From: an uncultured Eubacteriaceae bacterium
GTDB taxonomy: Bacteria > Bacillota > Clostridia > Eubacteriales > UBA1433
NCBI GenBank assembly: GCA_964581565.1
Contig: CAZOOZ010000004.1
Location: 82,115-146,114, forward strand
DNA: 64,000 nucleotides
Direction: 5' to 3'
Part shown: piece after piece, positions 48,582 to 59,556 of the stretch
Layout: each line of letters starts with the position of its first letter
Numbering within the stretch: the stretch's first letter is position 1
The notes under the pieces: generated by a model
Databases searched by the model: none
What the model saw: only the letters and a program-made list of their open reading frames with translations
Told to the model about the DNA's origin: nothing
Program-made: the position numbers and the translations under genes

Positions 48582-50104
48582 TAATTCACCTTCGTACTTT
48601 TATTGTATATTCGTTTATAATCCTTTATAGCATTATGAAGTTCAGCTTCCAATTCATTGCTGATATTACCTTTTGTTTTTATTTCATTCAAAATATTTGA
48701 ATATTGAGTATCAAAAAACTCATATAACCCTAATTCGAATTGATGAATATCCGAGACCGGTATATCAACTAAATAATTATTTGTTGCACAAAAAATTATT
48801 AATACTTGATGCTCGATTTTTATTGGATTATATTGTCTTTGTTTGAGTATTTCCATTAATCGTTCACCATGGTCTAATCGTTCTTTTGTGTCTTTATCGA
48901 CATCAGAACCAAATTGTGCAAAACTTTGCAACTCTCTATATTGTGCTAACTCTAACTTGATTTTGCTGGAAACTTTTTTCATCGCTTTAATCTGAGCATG
49001 ACCGCCAACACGAGAAACTGAAATCCCTGAATTAACGGCAGGGCGATGTCCTGTATAAAATAATTCTGATTCCAAGAATATTTGTCCATCTGTAATAGAT
49101 ATTACATTCGTAGGGATATATGCAGATACATCTCCTGCTTGAGTTTCTATTATCGGTAAAGCTGTCAGTGAGCCGCCACCCAGTTCGTCACTTAATTTTG
49201 CCGATCTTTCAAGCAGTCTGCTATGCAGATAAAAAACATCTCCGGGATAAGCCTCTCTTCCGGGTGGCCTTCGAAGAAGTAAAGACATTGTACGATAGGC
49301 AACCGCATGTTTTGATAAATCGTCATAAATAATCAATACATCTTTACCCTGATACATGAATTCTTCGCCCATAGCGCAACCTGCGAAAGGTGCAATATAT
49401 TGAAGCGGAGCTACATCGCTTGCCGTTGCTGATACAACAATCGTATAATCCATTGCATGTTTATCGGCAAGTGTTTGTACCAGTTGAGCTACAGTAGACT
49501 TTTTTTGGCCGATAGCGACATAAATACAAATTACATCTTCTTGTTGTTGATTTATGATTGTATCGATAGCGATAGCTGTTTTACCGATTTGTCTGTCTCC
49601 GATAATCAATTCTCTTTGACCTTTACCGATTGGAATCATGGAGTCAATTGCTTTAATGCCGGTTTGTAAAGGTTGATTAACTGATTTTCTTTCAAGTACG
49701 CTTGGAGCCTCATTTTCTACTGGTCTAAATTTTTTTGCATGAATCGGACCTTTTCCGTCTATAGGCTGGCCAAGCGCGTTTACAACCCTCCCAATAAGTT
49801 CAGGACCAACCGGAACTTGTACGACTTTTTTTGTTGGCTTAACAACATCGCCTTCTTTGATACCGGTGTCCGGGCCCAGAACAACAGCGCCCACATTATC
49901 CTCTTCAAGATTCAATGCCATTCCAAATATGCCGTCAGGGAATTCTATGAGCTCTCCAACCATGCAGTTTTCCAGTCCGTAAATTCTGGCAATACCGTCC
50001 CCTACTTGCAGTACAGTTCCAAAATCAGAAATTTCTATTTCATTTTGATAATTTTTAATTCGTTGTTTTATAACAGAGCTTATCTCTTCAGGCTTTAAAT
50101 TCAT
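48581..50104 (-). CDS. atpA: F1 ATP synthase subunit alpha
   Basis: GDRQIGKT Walker A; 507 aa. Confidence 0.97.
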   Translation of the reverse strand: MNLKPEEISSVIKQRIKNYQNEIEISDFGTVLQVGDGIARIYGLENCMVGELIEFPDGIFGMALNLEEDNVGAVVLGPDTGIKEGDVVKPTKKVVQVPVGPELIGRVVNALGQPIDGKGPIHAKKFRPVENEAPSVLERKSVNQPLQTGIKAIDSMIPIGKGQRELIIGDRQIGKTAIAIDTIINQQQEDVICIYVAIGQKKSTVAQLVQTLADKHAMDYTIVVSATASDVAPLQYIAPFAGCAMGEEFMYQGKDVLIIYDDLSKHAVAYRTMSLLLRRPPGREAYPGDVFYLHSRLLERSAKLSDELGGGSLTALPIIETQAGDVSAYIPTNVISITDGQIFLESELFYTGHRPAVNSGISVSRVGGHAQIKAMKKVSSKIKLELAQYRELQSFAQFGSDVDKDTKERLDHGERLMEILKQRQYNPIKIEHQVLIIFCATNNYLVDIPVSDIHQFELGLYEFFDTQYSNILNEIKTKGNISNELEAELHNAIKDYKRIYNKSTKVN

Positions 50105-50156
50105 TTTAAAACTCCCTGTCTATTTGTTACTAAAGATAAATATTTTTCCTTGTTGA

Positions 50157-50696
50157 TTACTCTATACTTATATTGTGTCTTAAATCTGATAGTTGTTTTT
50201 TAATAGAAGCATCAATTATTTTGCCTTCAACAAATATTTTTACGCCACCTAATATAGATGAATCTATTTGGTTGGAAAGGTTAATCTTCTTTTTTAATAA
50301 TATCCCTACTTTATCCTCGAATTTACTGATTTGATCATCTGATAGATGCTCGACAGAAAAAACGATTCCTGATGTAATATTTTTTTCTTCGTCGATTAAA
50401 TGTTTATAATGCTTCACTATGTTTTTAAAATGCTTGATCATTCTTTTATCAATCAGTATCAGCAGAAAATTTAATGTTTCTATATTTATTTTATTTTCTA
50501 AAACTTCTTTTACTATCTTTTTGCGCTCTTCTTTACCGATAACAGGCGTATTCATGAATTCGACAAAATCAGAATTTGCCTCAAATATAACTTGAAGATC
50601 TTTCAAATCACTTAATATGGCGTCAACTTTATTTTCATCTTTTGCAGCTTCATATAATGCAGAAGAATAAACCAAATCAATTGCTAATTCTGCCAT
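50157..50696 (-). CDS. atpH: F1 ATP synthase subunit delta (OSCP)
   Basis: 179 aa; assigned from operon position and an OSCP-like C-terminus (ILGGVKIFVEGKIIDASI). Confidence 0.88.
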   Translation of the reverse strand: MAELAIDLVYSSALYEAAKDENKVDAILSDLKDLQVIFEANSDFVEFMNTPVIGKEERKKIVKEVLENKINIETLNFLLILIDKRMIKHFKNIVKHYKHLIDEEKNITSGIVFSVEHLSDDQISKFEDKVGILLKKKINLSNQIDSSILGGVKIFVEGKIIDASIKKQLSDLRHNISIE

Positions 50697-51196
50697 TTTG
50701 CATTACCTGTATTTTCAATGATTTTTGTTATTATCAATTGTTGCTCAGCATAGTTTAATTGTTTCTCGATTATTTTTTCTGCTGCTATAATAGCAAGATC
50801 GACGATTTCTTGTTTCATTGCTTCAATTGAATTTTTTTGCTGTCGTTTAATTTCTTCTTCAGCATGTTTGATCATTAATAATACTTTGGCTTCCGCCTCG
50901 TTAATAATATCTTTTGCTTGCGCATCTGCTTTTATCTTAGCAGCCTTTATAATTTCTTTTCTTTCGTTTTCTATATTTTCTATTTGTTCATTATAAAGTT
51001 CTTTAATTTTATTGGCTTCACTATTTACTTTTTCTGCATTTTCATATGATTGAACAATATCATTTTCTCTTTTTTGCATGAAATTCCTAATTTTTTCAAA
51101 AAAGAATCGTTTCATAATCAAATACAAGATGACAATATTGCCTATAATGAATAAAAGCGACCAATTAAACTGAATTAAATCAGTATAAAGTTTCAA
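50684..51196 (-). CDS. atpF: Fo ATP synthase subunit b
   Basis: One N-terminal TM segment followed by a long charged helix. TTG start preceded by AAGGAG. Confidence 0.88.
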   Translation of the reverse strand: MKLYTDLIQFNWSLLFIIGNIVILYLIMKRFFFEKIRNFMQKRENDIVQSYENAEKVNSEANKIKELYNEQIENIENERKEIIKAAKIKADAQAKDIINEAEAKVLLMIKHAEEEIKRQQKNSIEAMKQEIVDLAIIAAEKIIEKQLNYAEQQLIITKIIENTGNAKWQN

Positions 51197-51210
51197 TGCT
51201 TACACTCCTT

Positions 51211-51489
<279 letters not shown>

Positions 51490-51514
51490 CTAAAATTATT
51501 AAAAATTGATAATC

Positions 51515-52219
51515 TTAATGTTTTTCATGCGTTGTTATACCGTTTGCAATAAAAACCATTGTTAACATAGTAAAAATAAATGCCTGTAATATTCCTTCAA
51601 AAATATCAAAGAAAAAATTAGCCGGCAAAGGAATTGCTGCTGTTAAGAATGGAATATTGGGTATGATTTTTTCAGATAAACTTTCTAAACCATTGTAAAG
51701 AAGCGTCATAATGATCATTCCCCCTGTAATATTTCCAAACAAACGAAAGGACAATGATATCGGAAATGATAGTTCGCCGATAATATTAATAGGCAGCATG
51801 AATATATAAGGCTCAGACATATGCTTTATATACCCTTTAAAACTTCTAAGTTTTATGGAATTATAATGAATTAAAAAGAAAGTAACAAGACCAAGTGCAA
51901 AAGCTGTATTAATATCTGCTGAAACCGGTCTTAGATCCAACAATCCCAACATATTTCCTAAAATCAAAAAAATAAATAAAGTGCCAATATAAGGAGCAAA
52001 TTTTATATTTTCTTTTCCCATAGTTTGCCCTACTAAATTGTACACAAATTCTACAATCAATTCGGCGTACGCTTGAATACCTTTAGGGATTTTTTTCATC
52101 TTGCGTGTAGCCAATAGCGCAAAAATAATCATAATAATGCTGATAATCCATGCAAAGATCACTGTTTCCGTAATATAAAAATTACCGATTCCAAATATTT
52201 TTCTTGCGCCTAATTCCAT
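51515..52219 (-). CDS. atpB: Fo ATP synthase subunit a
   Basis: 234 aa, polytopic, with the LSFRLFGN conserved Arg motif. Confidence 0.93.
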   Translation of the reverse strand: MELGARKIFGIGNFYITETVIFAWIISIIMIIFALLATRKMKKIPKGIQAYAELIVEFVYNLVGQTMGKENIKFAPYIGTLFIFLILGNMLGLLDLRPVSADINTAFALGLVTFFLIHYNSIKLRSFKGYIKHMSEPYIFMLPINIIGELSFPISLSFRLFGNITGGMIIMTLLYNGLESLSEKIIPNIPFLTAAIPLPANFFFDIFEGILQAFIFTMLTMVFIANGITTHEKH

Positions 52220-52231
52220 TAAAAATTCACC

Positions 52232-52615
52232 TTAATTCTTTGTATTGTTTCTTTTCTTAATGCCATTTGTATAGTAAATACTAATTTTAATTGTTAAAAA
52301 TCCGATAATAACACCGATTGCACTGATATAGCTTATCTGAATAGATTTATAAACTGCAATACCGTATAAAGATAGCCTAATTATATAACCTAAAAAAACT
52401 ATATATGCTCCCCTTTGATGTGTAAGCGTATTTTTTATAGTAAAATATAATATATTAAAATTTGCTATCGAAATAGCCACACCCAGTGTTATTCCATAAC
52501 CGAATTGTGCACTTAATCCCAAAAACGGAATAGATATTAGTTCACATATTAATGCAATAAAAATAGCGTATTTAATTATTTCATTTTTAAAAACAATAAT
52601 ATCATTCATGATCAT
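52232..52615 (-). CDS. atpI: ATP synthase protein I
   Basis: 127-aa 4-TM protein immediately upstream of atpB. Confidence 0.7.
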   Translation of the reverse strand: MIMNDIIVFKNEIIKYAIFIALICELISIPFLGLSAQFGYGITLGVAISIANFNILYFTIKNTLTHQRGAYIVFLGYIIRLSLYGIAVYKSIQISYISAIGVIIGFLTIKISIYYTNGIKKRNNTKN

Positions 52616-52874
52616 TTTTCTCGTTATTTAATTTATCGTTTTGATTTCGTTTTTTTTCTTGATTTGTTACAGACATAATTTGCCGATAGTTCATTATAAA
52701 TCCCAAAAAAATACCTATTAATAAAAAAACGATTAAAAAAATGTTATTCAAATGGAATTTTTTATCAACATATTTGCCAACGACTACGCCGACTATCATA
52801 GGAATCGCCATATTTAAACCAAGCTGCGTAAATAAAGCAATAGCCGAATATATTTTAAAGTATTTTTTTTTCAT
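52602..52874 (-). CDS. AtpZ/AtpR-like small membrane protein
   Basis: 90-aa 2-TM protein and first gene of the atp operon. Overlaps atpI by 14 nt. Confidence 0.6.
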   Translation of the reverse strand: MKKKYFKIYSAIALFTQLGLNMAIPMIVGVVVGKYVDKKFHLNNIFLIVFLLIGIFLGFIMNYRQIMSVTNQEKKRNQNDKLNNEKNDHE

Positions 52875-53145
52875 TACTTCAACTCTTTTATTATCTGCAA
52901 TAAAAATAAAGCGTCAATATTCTTCACTGTATGTTTTTATATTATATCTTATAACTAAAAATGTAAAGTATCTACAATTAATCAAAATTGCATACATAAT
53001 TTTTGTATTCACTTTAATCAAAGATATAATAGTCCAAAATTCTGAATAAATTATTAAAAAATATAATAAATTCTTAAAATATTTAATAATTATTATTTTG
53101 TATATGATTACATATTATATTCTTAAAATAGATAATATGTTTTTT

Positions 53146-53193
53146 AATAATAAAAACTCGTAAGGCAGGCTTAATTTGGCCTACCTGTACGAG
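53146..53193 (-). terminator. terminator after tmRNA
   Basis: On the minus strand: CTCGTACAGGTAGGC-CAAATTA-GCCTGCCTTACGAG (imperfect stem) followed by TTTTTATTATT. Confidence 0.7.
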
Positions 53194-53251
53194 CTGCGTT
53201 GCCCTATTATTTAGTTACATACTACATATACTGTAAATTTCTGATAATTAC

Positions 53252-53603
53252 TGGTGGAGGCGGCGGGAGTTGAACCCGCGTCCAAAAGCGTATTCACAAA
53301 ATTTTCTCCGAGTGCATTCGCTTTTCTTTTTTCATTTTCATTTAGACGGGCGACCGACTGAATGAAAACTATCCTCTTAAATTTTCAAAAGATTTCGAGG
53401 AAAAATCATTTGAGTTTCCTGCATTATTTGATGCCTTAAAATATCACGCAGGAATGATAAATCAAGACATTGCAGCAATTACGCTGCAAAAGCTAATTTT
53501 TCGTTTTTAGCGTTTAAATTTAATTGCCATCATTATAACGGTATTTGGCATTCCCGACTCGCTTATTTTGCTTCAACACCCCTGTCGAAACCATTGCGCC
53601 CCC
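53252..53603 (-). ncRNA. ssrA: tmRNA (SsrA)
   Basis: 5' GGGGGCGCAATGGTTTCGACAGGGG and 3' GGACGCGGGTTCAACTCCCGCCGCCTCCACCA. The acceptor stem has a G3-U pair. The tag frame GCT AAA AAC GAA AAA TTA GCT TTT GCA GCG TAA encodes AKNEKLAFAA and is followed by the GCAGC/GCTGC hairpin. Confidence 0.95.
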
Positions 53604-54049
53604 TAATAAGATTTGATTGCGCGTCTGATTTTCATCATATCGCTTTTTTTAGCATCGCTCTCTCGTTTATCGTGAAGCTTTTTACCGCGCGCTAAGCCAA
53701 CGTTCATTTTAACATAACTCCTATCAAAATGCAAGTCTAATGGAATTAATGTATATCCTTCCTGCTGTGTATAAGCGAATAACTTTCGTATTTCTTTTTT
53801 ATTTAATAATAGTTTTCGTTCTCGCAGAGGATCTTTATTAAAAATATTTCCTTTTTCATATGGGCTTATATGCATTCCTTTTATATAAGCCTCATTGTTA
53901 TTAATATATACATAACTGTCTTTTAAATTCACTTTTCCCGCTCTTATGCTTTTAACTTCTGTGCCAAACAGTACAATGCCGGCTTCATAAACATCATCTA
54001 TAAAATATTCATGGTATGCTTTTCTGTTTTGAATAATTGATTTTCCCAT
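53603..54049 (-). CDS. smpB: SsrA-binding protein
   Basis: [17 protein letters not shown] and LLLNKKEI motifs; 148 aa. Confidence 0.95.
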   Translation of the reverse strand: MGKSIIQNRKAYHEYFIDDVYEAGIVLFGTEVKSIRAGKVNLKDSYVYINNNEAYIKGMHISPYEKGNIFNKDPLRERKLLLNKKEIRKLFAYTQQEGYTLIPLDLHFDRSYVKMNVGLARGKKLHDKRESDAKKSDMMKIRRAIKSY

Positions 54050-54241
54050 ATTGTTACCTTTATAATAATTTTGACTGCATTAAAAATATAATAAGTTGTT
54101 TTTACTTATTATATCATATTTAAAAACATACGATGCGTTCTTTATTTTTACACGTCCCAAATACTACAAAGGTTTTATTGTCAATAATTGACCACAATGA
54201 TATACACATAATATATTTATAATTAAATTTGGAGTAAAAAT

Positions 54242-54773
54242 ATGTCTTTGCATGAAAAAGGAAATAAAAATTTGGGTTTATTTGAACTGGTTGCGATCGC
54301 ATTGGGAGGTATAGTTGGCGGTGGAATCTTCACTATTTTGGGTATTTCAGTATCGATAATCGGCATATTAATACCACTTGCAATACTAATTGGCAATTAT
54401 CTGCTGTTGCAGAAGACAAATATTTGCCCTATATATTATCCCGAAAGAAAAAAATATTCCTGTTTATGCGGTTGTAACAATGGCGTGTATATCCTGTTTT
54501 TTAATATTAATAGGTGGATTAGAATTGATTTTGGAATTTGGTAGCATTACCTTTTTACTAGTTTCTTTATTAATAGCATTTGCAAATTTTAAAATGAGAA
54601 AACAAATAAATCAAATATGTATGTTACAATTTTTGCAATTCTTGTTACTGGGCAGTATCTTGATATTATACTATAAATTTACAAATGTATGCTTGCAAAT
54701 GCTTTTTATCATCGTTTTATATTTCATTCTTACTGCCGAAGCTCTATTATTTGCGTTCGGAATAAACGTTTGA
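54242..54773 (+). pseudogene. remnant of an APC-family amino acid permease (internal deletion plus frameshift)
   Basis: Track ORF 54242-54544 starts with a typical APC N-terminus (LGLFELVAIALGGIVGGGIFTILG). The overlapping frame 54390-54773 carries only the last ~3 TM helices. Total coding capacity is about 175 aa versus about 440 aa expected. Confidence 0.7.
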
Positions 54774-54786
54774 ATAAAAAAATATA

Positions 54787-54818
54787 AATTTAGGAGGAAA
54801 TACATTTCCTCCTAAATT
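54787..54818. terminator. bidirectional terminator
   Basis: AATTTAGGAGGAAA-TACA-TTTCCTCCTAAATT, a 14-bp stem between the permease remnant (+) and oppA (-). Confidence 0.8.
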
Positions 54819-54859
54819 ATTAGTCAGTTTTTTAAAAAAATTAAAATGATTTTATAGTA

Positions 54860-56500
54860 TCAGTATGTACAGTTAATAAAAAAGAAATATCCCAGAGGCG
54901 TGTAATACATGCCTTTGATTTCTTGATTAAACATATAAGTCTGTGTGTCAAAATAAAGAGGAGCAATTACGTAATCTTGACCAATCAGTATATCTTCAGC
55001 CTCGTGCATTAGAGTCATTCTTTCTTCTTGGTTTTGATTGGATTTAATTTGTGCTATAAGGGAATCATAGCTTTCGTTAGAATAATGAGCTAAATTACTC
55101 CCGCTATCACTTCCCCACATATCTAAGAATGTTATTGGGTCATTATAATCGGGCAACCATGAAAATGCAGCAATTTGATAAGCACCTTCCATTAATGATT
55201 GACCATAAACCGAGCCCTCCTGATTTGATATAGTAACTGTAACACCTAATTCTGTCTTCCACATGTTTTGTAATGCTTCGGCTATCGCCTCGTTATCACT
55301 GCTTGTAACATACATATATTCCACAATAGGGAAACCTTCCCCTTCGGGATACCCTGCTTCTGCTAAAAGCTGGCGGGCTTTTTGACAATTTGATTCATAA
55401 TCTTCTTCTTCAACGCTGTAATAATCTCCACCAACAATTCTAAAATCATCATTGCCAACACCTTTGGCGTCTAAAACGCCAGAAGGAATAAAGCCTGTTG
55501 CGGCGACTTCACCTGTCTGCGTTATTTGATTTACAATATAATTTCTATCTATCACTAAAGAAAAAGCTTCTCTAACACGGGTATCATTAAAAGGTTCGAT
55601 CTGATTATTGAATGTCAGGGCATAAGTACTTAATAAATCAGCTACTTTTAGTTCATTGTTATCAAGCAGTGTTTTTATTTCATTAATAGGTACGCTTTGG
55701 ATAAAATCTAATTCATTGTTATTATAAGCAGCAAGAATAGAATTGGAATCTTCAATAAAATTAAATTTAATTGAAGATGGACCGATTTCAGAGATACCGT
55801 AATAATTTTCATTAGGTTCCATCAGTAAATATGAATTATGTACCCATTCACTCATTTTATATGGTCCGTTTCCTATATAAGTATTCACATCAAATGTCCA
55901 TTGATCGCCACTTTCTTCGATTATATCTTCGCGTACAGGAAAAGTTGCCGGAAAAGCGCATATTTCGGTAAAATATGTAACTGGTGTTGAAAGAGTAACT
56001 TCAATTGTTTGATCATCAATAGCCTTTATGCCAAGTTCGTTAGGATCTTTTTCTCCATACATAATATCTACGGCGTTTAAAACAGGCTCTAGAATATAAC
56101 TGTAGATAGCCGCTGTTTGAGGATCGACTAATCTTTGCCACGAATAGACAAAATCCTGTGCCGTAACAGCTTTTCCGTCAGACCATTTTGCATCGTCTCT
56201 TAATACAAATGTATAGACAGTGCCATCATCACTGATCGTATAAGTTTCAGCTTGTCCATATGTAATCTGTGCATTGCCGTTTCCGTCATCTTCCCATTTC
56301 ATTAAACCTTCAAACATATGGTTTAACATAATGGCGCCATCGACAACACTATTTAATGCAGGATCAAGCGTTTCGGGTTCTCCGGCTATACATACATTCA
56401 TATTTAACTCATTCGATGATGAATTACCGCTGCATGCCGAAAAAGTGAATACTAAAGATAAAATAATGATTAGTACAAATAACTTCCTCGTTAACTTCAT
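54860..56500 (-). CDS. oppA: oligopeptide ABC transporter substrate-binding lipoprotein (family 5 SBP)
   Basis: 546 aa with the lipobox LVFTFSAC and family-5 SBP length and composition. Last gene of the opp operon. Confidence 0.88.
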   Translation of the reverse strand: MKLTRKLFVLIIILSLVFTFSACSGNSSSNELNMNVCIAGEPETLDPALNSVVDGAIMLNHMFEGLMKWEDDGNGNAQITYGQAETYTISDDGTVYTFVLRDDAKWSDGKAVTAQDFVYSWQRLVDPQTAAIYSYILEPVLNAVDIMYGEKDPNELGIKAIDDQTIEVTLSTPVTYFTEICAFPATFPVREDIIEESGDQWTFDVNTYIGNGPYKMSEWVHNSYLLMEPNENYYGISEIGPSSIKFNFIEDSNSILAAYNNNELDFIQSVPINEIKTLLDNNELKVADLLSTYALTFNNQIEPFNDTRVREAFSLVIDRNYIVNQITQTGEVAATGFIPSGVLDAKGVGNDDFRIVGGDYYSVEEEDYESNCQKARQLLAEAGYPEGEGFPIVEYMYVTSSDNEAIAEALQNMWKTELGVTVTISNQEGSVYGQSLMEGAYQIAAFSWLPDYNDPITFLDMWGSDSGSNLAHYSNESYDSLIAQIKSNQNQEERMTLMHEAEDILIGQDYVIAPLYFDTQTYMFNQEIKGMYYTPLGYFFFINCTY

Positions 56501-56568
56501 TTGTTCCTCCTGTTATTTAGCAATCTATGTTAGGTTAGATTTTATCAATAAAAATGTAATTTATAATA

Positions 56569-57534
56569 TTATATTATATGACAAGCCACAAAATGTTGGG
56601 GAGAGATTTCTCTTAAAGTCGGAGCTGTCTGTCTGCATTTTTTTATTATATACTGACAACGTGTATGAAAGCAACAGCCTTGTGGTAAATTTAGCGGATT
56701 CTGCGGCTCTCCCTTTAAAGATACGTGACTAGTCATGCATACATTATTTAGTCTGGGAATAGAGGAAAGCAAAGCTTGTGTATAAGGATGCACAGGATTT
56801 TTATATAAATCATCACTTTTTGCTATTTCAACAATATTTCCCAAATACATTACTGCTATACGAGTTGCTATATACCGAACAACAGCTAAATCATGGGAAA
56901 TAAACAAGTAAGTAAGGCCGAATGAACGCTGCATGTCGATCAGCATATTTAAAATTTGTGCTTGAACCGACACATCTAAAGATGATACTGCTTCATCACA
57001 AACAATGAATTCAGGCTCAACAGCCAATGCTCGCGCAATACCGATTCTCTGCTGCTGTCCTCCGGATAATTCGTGAGGGAAACGATGAACAAAATCATTG
57101 CTTAACTCAACTGTCTGTAACAATTCTTTAATTTTATCTTGCCGTTCAACTTTGTTTAAGGCCAGTTTATGTATATCTATAGCTTCTCCTATAATTTCTC
57201 CTACTGTCAGTTTTGGATCTAAAGCTTCAGATGTATTTTGAAAAATCATCTGCATTTTTTTTCTGTAAGACAATATTTTAGCATTTGTTATATTATTTCC
57301 ATTATAAAATATTTGACCGTGTGTCGGCTCGATAATCCGGAGGATTAATTTCCCGAGCGTAGATTTCCCGCAGCCAGATTCTCCTACCAGTGCAAAAGTT
57401 TCTTCGCGTTTTATGTCAATATTAACATTATTTACCGCATAAATATATTGGAAAGAAAAGCCTTTTTGAGCAACAAAATTTTTACTCAGATCTTTAGTTT
57501 CTATTAAATTGGCTATATTATTTTGCATATTCAT
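56569..57534 (-). CDS. oppF: oligopeptide ABC transporter ATP-binding protein
   Basis: GESGCGKST Walker A, LSGGQQQR signature, and a C-terminal oligopeptide/dipeptide Cys-rich extension. Confidence 0.9.
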   Translation of the reverse strand: MNMQNNIANLIETKDLSKNFVAQKGFSFQYIYAVNNVNIDIKREETFALVGESGCGKSTLGKLILRIIEPTHGQIFYNGNNITNAKILSYRKKMQMIFQNTSEALDPKLTVGEIIGEAIDIHKLALNKVERQDKIKELLQTVELSNDFVHRFPHELSGGQQQRIGIARALAVEPEFIVCDEAVSSLDVSVQAQILNMLIDMQRSFGLTYLFISHDLAVVRYIATRIAVMYLGNIVEIAKSDDLYKNPVHPYTQALLSSIPRLNNVCMTSHVSLKGEPQNPLNLPQGCCFHTRCQYIIKKCRQTAPTLREISPQHFVACHII

Positions 57535-58525
57535 TTTCCTTTATATTTAAATTATTAAACACATTCCAGCAATAAACCTCATGAGTATCATCTAAGTTTA
57601 TTTTGGGCGGGTCTGCTTTCAAACAAATTTTCATACAATATTTACACCGTATTGCAAACGGGCATCCTCCTGTTGTAAGATCTGGCCAATCTAGCGGAGA
57701 GCCATCGATGGAAATTAGGGTCTTGTTGTTTGAATCAAGACTTGGCATGGATCGAAGTAAGCCTATTGTATATGGATGAACAGCATTATAAAATATTTGA
57801 TTTATACTTCCCGTTTCAACAATTTTTCCAGAATACATGATAGATATCTTATCACATATTTGTGCTGCAACTGCCAGATCATGAGTAATAAAGATGATGG
57901 ACATTGCATTTTGCTTTTTTAGCGTGATTAATAACTCTATTATTTGTGCTTGAATTGTAACATCCAATGCGGTTGTAGGTTCATCGGCAATAAGCAATTG
58001 CGGATGTGATAAAAGAGCCATTGCTATTATTATTCTTTGCAGCATTCCCCCGCTGAATTCATTCGGATATTGCTTCATTCTTTTTTTTGGATTATCTATT
58101 CCGACAAGGATCAATGAATTGATAACGTGTATTTTTGCTTCTTCGCTAGAGGTTTTTTTATGACTTTTAAAAGCTTCAATAAGTTGATGACCAATGGTGT
58201 AGACGGGGTTTAAACTGGACATGGGATTTTGAAAAATCATGCTTATTTTATTTTTGCGCAAATCTCGCATTTCTCGCTTGGTATATTTTAAAATATTTTT
58301 TTCGTTAAAGTTTATTTTACCATCTATTATTTTACAATTATTGGGTAAAAGATCGAGAATGGAATATGCCATAACACTTTTACCGCTGCCGGATTCACCC
58401 ACAATTCCCATGACTTCACCATACTTTAAACGGTATGAGATATTATCGACAGCTTTAATTTCTTCGTGTGGTGTAAAAAAAGATATTTTTAAATTCTCAA
58501 TTTCCAGCTGATTGTTCTTATTCAT
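57518..58525 (-). CDS. oppD: oligopeptide ABC transporter ATP-binding protein
   Basis: GESGSGKS Walker A and FSGGMLQR signature. Confidence 0.9.
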   Translation of the reverse strand: MNKNNQLEIENLKISFFTPHEEIKAVDNISYRLKYGEVMGIVGESGSGKSVMAYSILDLLPNNCKIIDGKINFNEKNILKYTKREMRDLRKNKISMIFQNPMSSLNPVYTIGHQLIEAFKSHKKTSSEEAKIHVINSLILVGIDNPKKRMKQYPNEFSGGMLQRIIIAMALLSHPQLLIADEPTTALDVTIQAQIIELLITLKKQNAMSIIFITHDLAVAAQICDKISIMYSGKIVETGSINQIFYNAVHPYTIGLLRSMPSLDSNNKTLISIDGSPLDWPDLTTGGCPFAIRCKYCMKICLKADPPKINLDDTHEVYCWNVFNNLNIKENEYAK

Positions 58526-59556
58526 TTTAAAATATTTCCTTTTAATTTAGGATCAAAAGCATCGCGAAGCCCGTCGCCGAGTAAATTGAGAGAAAGAATT
58601 AATAAAGTAAGAATTACACCGGGAATGATAAGTCTATATGTATATGTGTAAATGCCGTTCAGCGAATCGGCTATTAAGCTGCCAAGAGAAGTCATAGGAG
58701 AAGACACTCCAAGTCCTAAAAAAGATAAAAATGATTCTAGAAAAATTGCTGCAGGAATCTGCATACAGGTTGTTACAATAATAGGCCCTATGCAATTTGG
58801 GATCAGATGTTTGTTTATAATTTGCGTATGTGAAGCGCCGAGTGCTTTTGCTGCTGTTATAAATTCCTGTTGTTTTAGCATCAATACCTGGCCTCTTATA
58901 ATTCTTGCCATGCCTACCCAGTAAAGCAATCCAAAAGCTATCATCATAGATATGAGGCCTGGCCCTAAAACAGCTATGTTCTTAATAAACACACTTGTGC
59001 TGTTATAAAATAATGTTTGCATTGGTTGTTTTAAAGAAATGGTTAAAAGCAATACTATCAAAACATCGGGCACAGCGTAAATAATGTCTACAAAACGCAT
59101 CATAAAAGCGTCAATAATACCGCCAAAATATCCGGAAATTGCGCCATAGGTAGTTCCGATTATTAACACTATAAAACTTGCGATAAATCCTATTATAATT
59201 GATATTCTGGTTCCATACATTGTCCTGACTAAAATGTCTCTGCCAAGATCATCAGTACCAAACGGATGTTGCCAACTTGGAAATAAGTTTTCGGCACCTC
59301 TTATTTGTTGATCATAACTATATTGAGTTAATAATGGGCCTAAAAAAGCAAATATAAAGATTGCAATAAGTATATATAGAGCAATGAGAGCGATTTTATT
59401 TGATTTAAAAGCAGTGCGAAAGGATACAGGTTTTTTCTTATTTGAGAACTGTATTTTATCGTTTTTTGAAGCTAATTCAAAATCTTTTTCGTCTAATTGA
59501 TAATTTATATTTAGTTGCAGGCTGTGAAAAATTTTTCTTTTTGCCTCACTTTGCAT
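58522..59556 (-). CDS. oppC: oligopeptide ABC transporter permease
   Basis: BPD-transporter EAA region (FITAAKALGASHTQIINKHLIPN). Start set at ATG 59556, after AAAGGTG; the track start is TTG 59583. Confidence 0.88.
   Translation of the reverse strand: MQSEAKRKIFHSLQLNINYQLDEKDFELASKNDKIQFSNKKKPVSFRTAFKSNKIALIALYILIAIFIFAFLGPLLTQYSYDQQIRGAENLFPSWQHPFGTDDLGRDILVRTMYGTRISIIIGFIASFIVLIIGTTYGAISGYFGGIIDAFMMRFVDIIYAVPDVLIVLLLTISLKQPMQTLFYNSTSVFIKNIAVLGPGLISMMIAFGLLYWVGMARIIRGQVLMLKQQEFITAAKALGASHTQIINKHLIPNCIGPIIVTTCMQIPAAIFLESFLSFLGLGVSSPMTSLGSLIADSLNGIYTYTYRLIIPGVILTLLILSLNLLGDGLRDAFDPKLKGNILK

Noticed and set aside
54120-54302. 60-aa minus-strand ORF between smpB and the permease remnant
   Set aside because: It has no SD, overlaps the permease N-terminus in antisense, and has an AT-rich composition.
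56274-56732. 152-aa plus-strand ORF spanning the oppA start and the oppF end
   Set aside because: It is antisense to two well-supported opp genes and crosses their intergenic region. Judged spurious.
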